From the NCBI GenBank assembly GCA_003971905.1, contig RSEE01000062.1, positions 186,001 to 250,000 on the forward strand: a DNA stretch of 64,000 bases, read 5' to 3'. The notes under the pieces were generated by a model. It was not told the DNA's origin. It saw nothing but the letters and a program-made list of their open reading frames with translations, and ran no database searches. A program made the translations under genes and the position numbers. This DNA is from Moniliella sp. 'wahieum' (taxonomy: Eukaryota). Of the stretch, positions 48,747-59,994 are shown piece after piece; the first letter of the stretch is position 1; every line of letters begins with the position of its first letter.

Positions 48747-49199
48747 GGTTAGTTCAGCAGGTGTTCGAAGTAAGTAAGACAGCCCGAAGCCACAGATAAG
48801 ACAATAGCGTGTATGTGGAGGGGTCTTATGGTAAGCCCATTTCACCCTCTCAGAGGGCCTCTGAGTACTTGAATGCCAATTCCGACTGGGGCGCCAAAGC
48901 TCGTCTCCTGTTACGAAGCCATCACGGCCAGGACATGGCTGCGGGGTTGGTATGGGATAAAACCAAGTTCCCGGAAAAAATGGTTTAAAAGCACGGCCAT
49001 AAGCTGTACTTCGTTTGGCCAGTATCCAAATCTCGCCATAATAGAAGTACTTAGCTTAACCTCGTGTTTGCGCCAAGGGTATATATCCAAGCAATTCGCA
49101 CTTGTTTAATCCTAAGTTCGATCAAATGCATTTTTTGGGTGGGTTAGGGTGTCCATTCTGGCCTGCAGCCACATCAACTTTCGCCATCGCGGCCTTAAA

Positions 49200-50012
49200 C
49201 GTTGCCCTTCAAACTTGATGCCCCTTCTGCACCCAGGACCACACATCCACCATCTCTCCTGTGGCCACCTTCTCCTCCAAAGCAATGGGTTAGGTTAGGG
49301 GGTAGCAAGGTCATGACCAGTGTAAGCATAAAAACGCGTACCGCCAAATCGAAAATGCGACGACGCATGGTCGACCAAGTCGGCTTCAGGAACACGGTCA
49401 ACAGAACTTGGACAAACTTTTGTCACACGACCGATATGGGCCAGGAGTTGTCCCGGGTCAAAAGTGAACTCTTCCAGACCTCGCGGGGAACAAGCCGCTT
49501 GCGGACAGAAAACCAAGCCTAAATCCTTAATTGTTGCCGATGCTGCTCTCGGGATGCAGACAAACCCATACCGCGAGCCATTTGTACCATTTCTGTCAGT
49601 GGCGAGCCGTTCATGGAAAGAGAAAGTGTCAGCATAGTTCAAAGTAATCCTGGGGTGTGCGGCGAAAGCTGATGGTCCTGACCTTTTTGTGCTCCAATAA
49701 GCGTTCGAAATACTGGCGTGGGTTGGACATGGTAAAGCCCTTGGCCAACGACTCCTGCTTCGCATTGATTGAAAAAAGAGAACCCGAAGAGTCTTGATCT
49801 CGCATAGGCTTTCCTCGCTGAGTGATCAATGTTGCCCTTGTAACGAGGGGATCGATGAAATATGGATCCAATCTGGCGAAAGGGCCAGATTAGGGGGGGA
49901 GAATGCCAGCAAATTCGTCCTGATTAACGGAGCTCTTTTCGTCAGCGTCCATTGTGCGGGGGAACAAGGTGTCAGCGTCAAGATCCAGCGCAACTTCTTC
50001 TTCGTTGTTCAT
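49200..50012 (-). CDS. Possible hypothetical protein or decayed gene
   Basis: Chain of overlapping coding-like frames starting MNNEEEVALDLDADTLFP; no recognised motif. Confidence 0.25.
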
Positions 50013-50798
50013 CGTCTTCGTCTGCTGGTTCAATTGACCCCGTATAATCATTTCACGAACCAACACGGGAACCAGGGAGAAGGGACTACAACGTAACTCT
50101 CGGTTCGTACTCCTCTTTTCCCTCTCCTCCGTCGGAGTCGATGTCGGAATCGTTGTTGACCCCACTGGTGCCACCAGGTGGTTCTTCAGGGGACGGTTCG
50201 TCACCGTCGAAAGCAGTCTCCACCACGGGCTCCGGCTCAGGGTTGATACGTCGTGTGTCTCCCTCGGGCAGCGAGCGGCGTTGCTGGTTACTGGGGCGTC
50301 CTGACGGTGCGGGAGGGAGGCATTGTAGAGTGGCAGTACTGGCTCAAAGAAAGATGATGGGGGGAAAAGGTGGTGGGCGGGGGCATGCAGTTCGCCTAAA
50401 AGGGATACAGCTGTGTGGTCGCTTCCCACCAGGGGTCGGATTCCCAGGGGTCGATCGAGCTGAGATTTGCGGAGCGTGAATTGATTTTACCACCTCAAAT
50501 TGAGGCCTGGGGCCGCTGTTTCAGCGATCATCCTGCATCCCCCAAAACAGAAGCATGGTGCTGGAGAGCATGCTGTGCTGCCCTGCGACACGTGAGGCGG
50601 CTGAAGCCCATGCGGGGCAGGGTCGCTCGCACGAAGCATGTTAAAGTACGTTAACGTTAACTGGTCACCGGTCACTGGTAGCCGTACGGTAACCTCAGCC
50701 TTCGGCTCCGGGGGCGCTCAGCGAGCGCACAGCCCTGCAAAATAAGACCCGCATACTGCCTGGCATGGGGAGAAATAGGTAAACGGGCAGACAGTTCA

Positions 50799-51026
50799 TG
50801 TTGAGCCATCGGGTGGCTCGTGCTTTGGCTAATGTCCCTTCAGCTCCTCTTCAAGCCTGGGAGTTCTGTTGTTTTTCTCCTGTTTTTCCTTGTTCCGCAG
50901 CTTAGCCCCTGGTGGCGACTCGCTGCTTGCTGTTCCTTTGTAGGTGTTGCTGGTTGGCTTAGACCACCACCACCACCAGTGCGATTGCATCACCCTCAAA
51001 GACCATCCACACTCCAGGTCTCATCA
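50799..51026. mobile_element. Solo LTR, family B (228 bp)
   Basis: TGTTGAG...CTCATCA termini, perfect TSD GTTCA on both sides, homologous to 33703-33931. Confidence 0.9.
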
Positions 51027-51880
51027 GTTCAAGCCCACTTCCGGACAGAGACACCTGTTCACCTAGCTGAACTCTCCTACAGCGACACCATCACCATCTC
51101 CCAAGAAACAAAATCTGCCAGCCGCATGCGATATCACCAGAACCTTCCCTCAATGGCAAGAAAACAAGAGGGTGCAATTCCTTCGCCCCCCAGGTGCGCC
51201 GAATCTGATCGCTCAATGCTTGGCTGATATCAGGGCCAAAAGAACGCCTGGTACGCTCCCTCCGCAAAACATTTGGCGATTCAATGGTTGCTCGAGGCTA
51301 ACCGCGCATGCATTGCCTGACAGGATATGTTACCTTCAAAAGCCATCGGCATCAACCAAATCTTGGTTTGAATCGGTACTATCGGCATGTTGCGCATCTC
51401 AAGCATGTCCTGGTGGAGTACGCATTGAAGACCCCTCCAAAGGGCCACAGCAACCTCAATTTGGGCCTGGGACAAGCGAGCACAGAGCAGCGCGAAGCCG
51501 ACACACTGGCCCAAGTCATAGCTCAACGCCGCCAGGCTGCTGTGGGTGCTGCTCCTTCAGCATACCGCCAAGAGGCGCGAGACGGCGTAGGCCCATTACG
51601 CGGACCACTCGCCCGTCCCACGCATCTGTTTTGGAGAAGATGAAGAGTCTGAATAGGAATGCCGCATCAACTGTGAAGCAGGTGTATGAGCCACCAGTGA
51701 CGAAGACAAGACTCTCTCTGTTGGGTATATAGTCGAGCACTGGAACGCCAGTGGCGTTGATATATTAGTAGCCAGCATGCAACCTATAGTAATAGTGGAG
51801 ATGTCTGCCTTGTTCGCCTTCGACCTTTTTGGTTTGTGCTTTCGCAGCGGAGACTGTGATCCTACAGCTGCTCCTATCGC

Positions 51881-51952
51881 GGCTCGATAGCGTAGTGGTA
51901 ACGCGTCCCTGACCTATCGGCGATGTCATGGGTTCGATTCCCATTCGAGCCT
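51881..51952 (+). tRNA. tRNA-like gene with disrupted anticodon arm (CCT/Arg by position; possible pseudogene)
   Basis: Perfect GGCTCGA/TCGAGCC acceptor, GCGT/ACGC D stem, ATGGG-TTCGATT-CCCAT T arm, TTTT downstream. Anticodon arm TCCCT-GACCTAT-CGGCG pairs poorly. Confidence 0.7.
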
Positions 51953-53119
51953 CTCTTTTCCTCACTATTTCCCCGGGCTCTGCCTTCTCACTCTGGATAT
52001 TCCAAGTGGAGGTACTATACCGGCAAATAGATGAATGCTACGGCGCCGATTCTGGGAAACACTAAAGGAAGTTTATATATGCCCCATAGGAAAACAACGT
52101 GCTTTAAACCCGAGGAGCCAGAACATGGAAATTGCTTATACAACTAAAGTCCGCAGCCGTGGATATGATTATTGACAAGAATACACTCTCTCGAGACGCC
52201 TGGTAATTGTGGCTGATGAAGGAGCAAAAACGTGCAGTGGGGAGTATAGAGAAAATGGAGGCTGCAAGTGGAGTAGACGAATGAGGGAGTAAGCGAGTGA
52301 AGGAGAGGGCGTAGTGGATGGTAATACATGTTCGGCTATACTTGGGACTGATTTGTTTGGACCATCACAGCCACCTATTACCACGTTTTTTCAATTATTT
52401 ATACTCAAGCTGTTCTCATCATTTCGTCTCGTCTCTCTCTCTTTCCTCGACATCGAGAAGAAGCACAGAAGGGCATCGAGGACCAAATATACCATCATCG
52501 CTGTCTCTCCTTACAAGCCCTATTCTGCTTCTCTGGATTGAGTTGCATTCATATTCCATTGCAATGATCCCCACGGATCGCAATGATCCCCTTCTCCAAC
52601 AGCCCTTGCGACCTCCACTGTGGGTGTTCGATGGTGACCAACATCCGTCCTCTTGGCTTGATTCACACTCTGTTTGACGGAACCATGCGCAACCTCTCTT
52701 GGGTAGCACAGTTACAAAATTCAGGTTATCCATCAGATTAGCACACGTGCAGCAACATAACTCATGACTACTAGTACTAGTAGTAGTAGGTGGGACAGAA
52801 AATGGACCCCATTCCTTTGCTATCTCTGATGTCGGTATGCTCCATTCTTCCCCAGCGTAGCTTGAAATGGCGAAAGAGTCAAATCCAATGACAGTGTCCG
52901 ATGCAAGACAGACGGGGGGGGGTGAATGGTTAACCAGAGAGGGGCAAGGCGGGACACGACAGAACGGGAGCATCGAGCGTGTTCAAGACGGAGATATGTC
53001 GGGGGAAGGATTGCAGAGAATGGAGCCAGGACGTTCAACTAGGAAAGCGGAACGGCATAAGAGGAGGATTGAACCATTGCAAGAGAGGAAGAAGGAAAAA
53101 TACGGCCGACACCGTAAAA

Positions 53120-53165
53120 TCGTGCGTCGTGCGTCGTGCGTCGTGCGTCGTGCGTCGTGCGTCGT
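53120..53165. repeat. (TCGTGCG)n heptamer microsatellite
   Basis: About 6 tandem copies. Confidence 0.95.
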
Positions 53166-54525
53166 TAGTCGTTAGTTGTGAGTTGTGCGGCAAAAAGACA
53201 AGAAAGACGTGCGCCTCCTGACTGGGCAAAACGAGGTGGGGGACACAGCAAAAACCGGAGCGTGTGGGGACCAGGAAGCGGGAAGCGGGGTACGGGGGGT
53301 GCGGGGTGCGGGAAAAGCGTGCGGGGAGGTGGGGACGGTAAAAGCGGGAATAATCGATGTGGGCTGCGGGAGTAATAGCGGAAGAGGACAAAAAAGCCAT
53401 CACTCTGTTCAGCCCCTGAGGGCGAAAGTCAAACAGCGGCGTGAGAAAAAGGGGCAGGCTGAGGATTCCAGATGGCAGGCAGCACTGGTTCAATGCGGGC
53501 GGGAGTTGCAAAGTGCAGGCAAACAAGGCAGACACCCAGCCAACGATGGCGTGTGCACAGCAGCCATAGTCATCCTACATGGCCAAAGCCAAGTGCTCGT
53601 GGTGCCGGAGGGCGTACCAGTGGGAATGGGTTTCCTCCAGCTCGTCCTTTTCCAGTGGGGTGTCCGGCTGGAGAGGAGGAGGAGGAGGACGAATAGGCCT
53701 CGGCCATGCCGAGCAACGCCGACACGCACCAGGTCGTCAGGCGCGCTTGGACGGGGGCGAGGTTCTCGGTGGGTGCAGCAGCACCAGCTGCGGTGGAGGC
53801 GGCGGCGATGGAGGCGGTAGACAGGGGCATGGCGTCGGAGAGAGGAGGAGGAGGGCGGGGTGAAGCGGCGAGGCAGATGGGGCTGGCGTTGGTGCGAGCA
53901 TTGGGGAGGGGGAGTGCTATATATACCGAAGGCAGAGCCACCTGCTGGGGGACCAAATTGAGTCTCATTAACTTTTAACTCGTCCCACTCTTCGCTGGGA
54001 CGGGTGACTGTCTCTGCGCTGTCCGCCTGCCTGCCCGTCGGCAGCGAATCGGTTCAAAAGCCACGGGCAGCGGGTCGGCTGATTGATGATTGGCCTGAGG
54101 AGGGAGGCGTCTGTGCTGCGGCTGTGCTGCCTGGCCACGACGGCCTCCGACGGGTGGTGTGCACTCGGCCCATCTCGCCTCCGGTCCCACCCGGCGATCG
54201 TGCCTCGGCCCAGCTGCCCCTCCAGCTTCCAGTGGGCTACCCGGCGCGTCCCGGCCGTCGCCGCTGTTCGGACGGCGACGGCCGAGCGGTACGCACGGGG
54301 CAGCACACGTGACCTTAAACGTGAAATGGCATGCACAGCGAAAGCGGTCGAGGGCAGTTGAAAGTTGAAGCTGCATGCCATGGGTGATGTGCTGGTGGTG
54401 ATGGGTGGGTGGGCGCGCGGCTGGGACAACCCACAGGAAAACAAATTTTTGGGCCATCTTCTTCGGCCGCCTACACACCTCTCTCGGCATCCGCCTCAGA
54501 CCCTCCCCCCCCACCCACACCCGCG

Positions 54526-57500
54526 ATGGCGTCTGCTGCCGCCCTGCTCGCCCTCTTCAGCGGCTCCGTCGCCTCCGACCCCAACCAGCGCATCCAGGCC
54601 GAGCTCGACTTGCGCGCCCTCGACGCCCAGCCCGCCGTCCTGCCCGCCGTCTGGCGCCTTGTCGCGGCCGAGGACGCTCCCCTGCCTGCGCGCCAGGCCG
54701 CCGCCATCTGGACCAAGAACCGCATCCGTCGCGCCTGGCCCGCCCGCGCCGCCTCTACCTCCGCCCTGTCCGAAGCCGACAAGGCCGAGATGCGCAGCCT
54801 GCTTCTCCCCGCCTTGGCCGTGCTCCCGCCTCTACTGCGCGTCCATGCCACCACCATCCTCCTCACCATCGTTTCCGCCGACTTCCCGCAGCACTGGCCC
54901 CAGCTCCTGCCCTGGATCGGCTCTTCCCTCACCAGCACCGACGAGGCCCAGGTTGCGGCCGGTGCGCGTGCCCTGCTGGTGGTGGTGCAGTCGCTGCGCT
55001 GGCGCGATGAGCACAACATGCTCGACCCGCTCGTCGCCCAGGCCTTTCCCCAGCTCGCAGCGTTGGCCCACACCTTGTTGTCCCACCCGGCCGTCGGGAG
55101 CGACGAGGTGGGTGCGCTGCTGCATGTGATCAACAAGACGTATGCCCGATCGCTTTCGACGCAGCTTGTGCCTTCGCTCCAGACGGCTGACGCCCTGTCG
55201 CTCTGGATCGACACGGTACTTCTTCCCACCGTTGCTGCCGACGTGCCCTCTGCCACTGCGCCTGCCGAGGACCAAGACGAACGGGACGAGCGCGCCCGGC
55301 AGCCGTGGTGGAAAGCGAAAAAGTGGGCGTATGTAGCGCTGAACAAACTGTTCTTGTCCTATGGCAATCCGGCTCACTTGCCTTCCGACAAGAAGCAGTA
55401 CCAACCGTTTGCCACCCAGTTCCTCACCCACTGTGCCCCGCGCATCTTGGAGGCCTACCTAGGCCAAACTGAACGTGCTGTGGCAGGGGCCTTCTTGAGC
55501 CGCTACGCCCACTTTGCCATCTTCAAGTTCCTCCTGGCCAGCATCAAGACCAAGGCGCTCTGGGCGCTTCTTAAGCCCATGTCCAAGTTCTTATCGAACG
55601 ATTTGCTTTCCCTACCCTGTGCTATACCGACGAGGACCAAGCCACGTTCGAGCACGAGCCTACCGAGTTTATCCGTGCCCAGATGGACCCGATCGAAGTA
55701 TTTGGCAACCCAGTCAGTGTCGCAGTCGAGTTGGTCGAGGCGGTGGCCGGCCGTCGGAAAGCCAGCAGCTTCCTCCCGCTCGTTCAATTTGTCCAGCACG
55801 TTCTCTCCACCTCTACTTCTTCGCGGGAAAAAGAAGGTGCTCTGCGGATGGTATCGGCCATGCGGACCACCATGATCCATGATCCCACCACGGGACCCGA
55901 GGTAGACCAGTTCGTCACGTCCTACGTCCTGCCGCATCTAGCTGGCGAAGCGTTATTGCAGTTCCGCGCGTGCGAAGTGATCAAGAGCTTGGACCAGGCT
56001 GGCTTGGTATGGACGGTACCGACGCTTCAATCAGCGTTTGAAGGAGTGCTGGCGTGTCTGCTGGAAGAGCGTCCGTTGCCCGTACGAGTGCAAGCGGGAG
56101 CGACGGTGGGCCAGTTGGTGCGGCACGAGCCTGTGCATGCGGCGTGTGCGCCGCACGCGGCGCGGCTCATGCATACACTGCTGCTTCTTAGTGACGAGAC
56201 GGGGTTGGATGTACTGCTGCGCACGCAGGAGAAGTTGGTCCGTACGTTCTCTGTCCAACTGCGGCCGGCGGCGGTGCAGTTGGCAAGCCAGCTGTGCGAG
56301 AGTCTCGTTCGTCTTGTGGGCCAAGTGGCCGAGGCGGCGCACGTGGCCGAACAGACGGGGGACTTGGCTGCGGTACCGGCCGGGGCGCACGATGCGATGT
56401 ATGCGGCAATCGCGCATCTCAGTACGCTTTATCAGTTGGTCTCAGCCGCCGAGGGGGACAAGGACTTGATGGCCCAGCTTGAGGCGACCGTCTTGCCGGC
56501 CATCTTGGTGATTCTGGAAAAGGAGCAGACGGAAATGCTAGATGACCTATTTGATCTGTTGGATCTGCTCACGTTCCACCAGCAGCGCATTTCGCCCTCG
56601 CTATGGAAGGTGTACGAGCTGATGACGCAGGCGCTGCTGACGTGGGCAGGAGACTACGTGGGGGAGATGGTGGGCACGCTGGACAACTTCATTTCGTACG
56701 GGAAGGAGGTCCTGGTGGCCACGCCTGCGTACAAGCAGGCGTTGCTGCAGGTGTACGCCCACCAGTGGCAGCGTGACGCGGACGACGATGAGCTGGCCGC
56801 TGCATTCAAATTGGCCGATGTAGCCTTGCTCAACATGCCCGGGGAATGGGACGAGGCCTTGGCCACATTCCTCCAGCCCGCGGCCACAGCTGTGTTGCAA
56901 CCCACGACGGGACGCTCCAAGCGCCGTTGGGCCGACACAGCGCTGCTCGACACGTTCATCTACAATGCCACCTTGGCCCTGTCCTGTTGGGGAAACGACG
57001 GGGGCAGTGTTGGATGCGCTGTTGCCGCGTGTGAGCCGAGCCAAGCGACCGCACGAGATGCTAGTTGGCGCCTTGGCCTTCTTGGCACTCCTTTCGAGCG
57101 GGGAAAGTGGGGCGGCGGTGCAAGAGCGCGCACCAGCGTTGTTGGGAGCGACGGTCCATTTGCTTTCGCAGTACCCGCAGGCGCTTGCCCGGGCCAAGGC
57201 ACTGACCACTTGGCTTGACGAGGAAGAGGAGGATACCCAGTCCCTTCCCGAAGAGGCTGAGAGCGACGTGGCGGACGATGAGGATGTACAGGACGAGTCC
57301 AATGCGCTGTACGACGTGCTGGTCGCCGCGGCAGAGAAGCGGCAAGCGAAGGAAGCGCGTCGCGCGGCCGCCGAGGCGGGCGCAGTGGTGCCAGAGGGGG
57401 CGGCAGGTGGCTTTGACGACGATGGCGAGGACGAGGACGAGGATGAGGATTTGGACGACGACGATGCTGTGTTCGAGTCGCCGTTGAGCAAGCACCGGGT

Positions 57501-57653
57501 CTACGACTTGTTCCGCGCGTGGCTCGGGGCGCTGCCGGGGAACGGCGAGGCGCTGCTGGCCCAGCTCACCACCGAGCAGCCGCCCTGGCCACCGTGACCG
57601 AGACGAGCGACGATGCGGTGGCCGCGCTGGCGTCCCGCTCGGCCGAGCCGTAG
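54526..57653 (+). CDS. Importin-7/8-like karyopherin (Nmd5/Sxm1 family)
   Basis: IBN_N (RIQAELDL...RQAAAIWTKNRIRRAW), DFPQHWPQL, PWWKAKKWAYVALNKLFLSYGNP, REKEGALRM, LPVRVQA, LDNFISYG, acidic C-terminal tract. Frameshifts; end approximate. Confidence 0.9.
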
Positions 57654-57869
57654 ACGATGTAGAAGCACTCGCTTGCCACCCCAAAAGCTCACCCATACCC
57701 ATCCATCCATCCTCGCTTGCGGGCCCCAAAAAAGCCAGGCAGTCCAGTCCACATGATGTGCGTGATCCTCCATAGTGCATAGCGCGCCAAATTAATATAG
57801 TTGGTTGTGCAATTTTTTGCCGCCACACCACCACCTCCATCACACGCGCACTGCCCCCCCCCCCCTCCA

Positions 57870-59747
57870 ATGGCGGACGTGCTCGCGTTTGAGTCAGACT
57901 GGCCCGACGGCAGCAACGCGTTCGCGCTCCTGTCCGATGCCGCGAGTGAGCTGGATGCGCGCGGGCTGCTCCACGCCGCCCGCGTGGGCGCAGGAGATGG
58001 CCATCTGCGCATTGAACGCCGCTCCAGCGTCGGCTCCGGCTTCAGCTCGGCTTCGGCCTCGGCTTCGGCGGCAGCTCCCCTTGCCTCGCCCCCGTGCCCG
58101 TGCCCGACGCTGACGGCGACACCGATACCAGTCTTTCCACTCCCCACACCCCCTGTGCTCCCACTGCCTCCACCCTGCCCGGCCCGCCCGGCCCTCCGCC
58201 CGCCCGAGGGTGCACTTTGACGCGTCGGCCTCGGCGCGCACTCCCCCCGCCCTTGTCGGCCTCCTCTGGCGTGTCTGGGTCGGATAGCGATCCTGCTACG
58301 CAGGCGATATTCCGCGCTGCGCGGCTGAGTTTTGGCTTGGCGCAGCTGGAGCGGTGCGCGAGATGTTGGAGCGTGTGCGTGGGGATGCGCGCGCGGATTT
58401 TCTACGTCTGTACAGCCGCTTCCTTTTGGCCGAGCGCGCGCGGCTCGATAGCCAACGTATCCTGCCTCATCTGCCTGGCCAGGCACCCGGTCCGGACAGC
58501 TTCTGCCGTTGCTCGCGGAGCTGGTCAAGCCTACCGATGGGTACCTGCTTACCTCAAGGGCACACTCTTCGCTCGGCTGAACAAGTCGGCCGAAGCGGCC
58601 GATTGCCTCGTTCGTTCCCTCCGTCTCGTGCCGTACAACTGGTCTGCCTGGCGCGAGCTCAGTACCTGTCTCACGCCTTCTACCTTTGACTTGGCCGACA
58701 TTGCGGACTGGTTACCTCCCTCGTTTATGACGACGTTTTTTGTCGAGATGCACTTGCGCACGCATGCTCGGGACGAGGAGGCGACTGCCGCACGGCAAGA
58801 TGTGCTCTCCACCGCCTTCCCGGCTCGACTTACCTCTTGACCGCCCGTGCCCTCTCGGCGCACACGGCCATGCACCATGCCGAGGCGTGCGCGCTATTTG
58901 CCGAGGTACATACGCACGATCCGTACGCCACAGCCGGCCTGGCCGAATACAGCAACTCGCTTCACCTTCTGCGCGACCGCACGACGCTGGCCCAGCTGGC
59001 GGATCGATTGGCGCCGCTAGCCGCGAGCGATGCTGGGGTATGTGTGTTGCTGGGCAACTACCACAATGCACGTGGGGACCGAGCGCGGGCGATTGCCGCG
59101 TTCCAACGTGCGCTGCGGCTGGACATGGGGTGCGTAATGGCCTGGGTCTTGCTCGGACACGAGTACGTCGAACTGAAGAATGCGCCGGCAGAGAGCGAGA
59201 TGTACCGTCGAGCGCTGGCGTTGGACCCGGACGATTTCCGTTCGTGGCACGGGCTGGGGCAGGTGTACGAGTTGAGTGAGGCATGGGGGGTATGCGGTGT
59301 ACTACTATGCGCGAGCAGCGGCGGTGCGTCCGTACGATCCTCGGATCTGGCTCGCGCTGGGCGCGTGTTACGAGAAGTTAGGGCAGCCCGCGCAGGCTAT
59401 CGAGGCGTACGAACGACAATTGGCCTGCCGCCCCGACCGGGCAGCGACGATTGCCGCGGTGGAACGGATTGTTGCGCTGCTCGAACGCGAGGGACAGGCA
59501 CTGCATTGGCACCTTCGTCTCGTTGCGCTTGTTGATGCTCACCTCCTCCACCCGCCGACGACGAAGAGGGGGAAACGCTTCCCGGTGGCTTGGCTCGCTA
59601 CGCACGCAGTTACCTCGCTGCAGCCGACACGAGTTGCAGCCCGCGTCCGACAGTGAGGGTGGGGCAACCTCGCCCTGGCTCGGGGAGTACCTGCAAAAAG
59701 TCGTCTTGGCCGGCACGCAGGTGTCGGATGAGGCAGAGGAGTGTTGA
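57870..59747 (+). CDS. CDC23: Anaphase-promoting complex subunit 8 (TPR protein)
   Basis: ELDARGLLHAARW, FLRLYSRFL, PYNWSAWREL, LLGNYH..RGDRARAIAAFQRALRLD, AWVLLGHEYVELKN, YRRAL..DPDDFRSWHGLGQVYE, RPYDPRIWLALGACYEKL. Confidence 0.9.
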
Positions 59748-59994
59748 AGCAGGTGCGAATGGGCTGATGGAGAGAGTGTCCACGTTGAACGTTGATGAAT
59801 GATCGATCCAAAGGGTCGCTCCCAGCGTCCCGAGCCAAACACATACTTCTCTTCTCTCACATATCTATCTAGCGCAGGGTGGCGGTGGGGGTGGCGGTGG
59901 GAGGATTACGAAGCAGATGCGATTGCGGGGCACAGGGCCATAGACATCCACACCCGAACAGGCGTATGGGGGTGTACATTTGTACAATTCGGTC

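Noticed and set aside
51906..51927. Amber-suppressor (CUA) anticodon in the aberrant tRNA serving the Copia UAG
   Set aside because: CTA is present but centring it gives no acceptable stem and no U33; by position the anticodon is CCT.
52150..52460. Additional solo LTR downstream of the tRNA-like gene
   Set aside because: Composition is LTR-like, but I could not find TG...CA termini with a matching target-site duplication.
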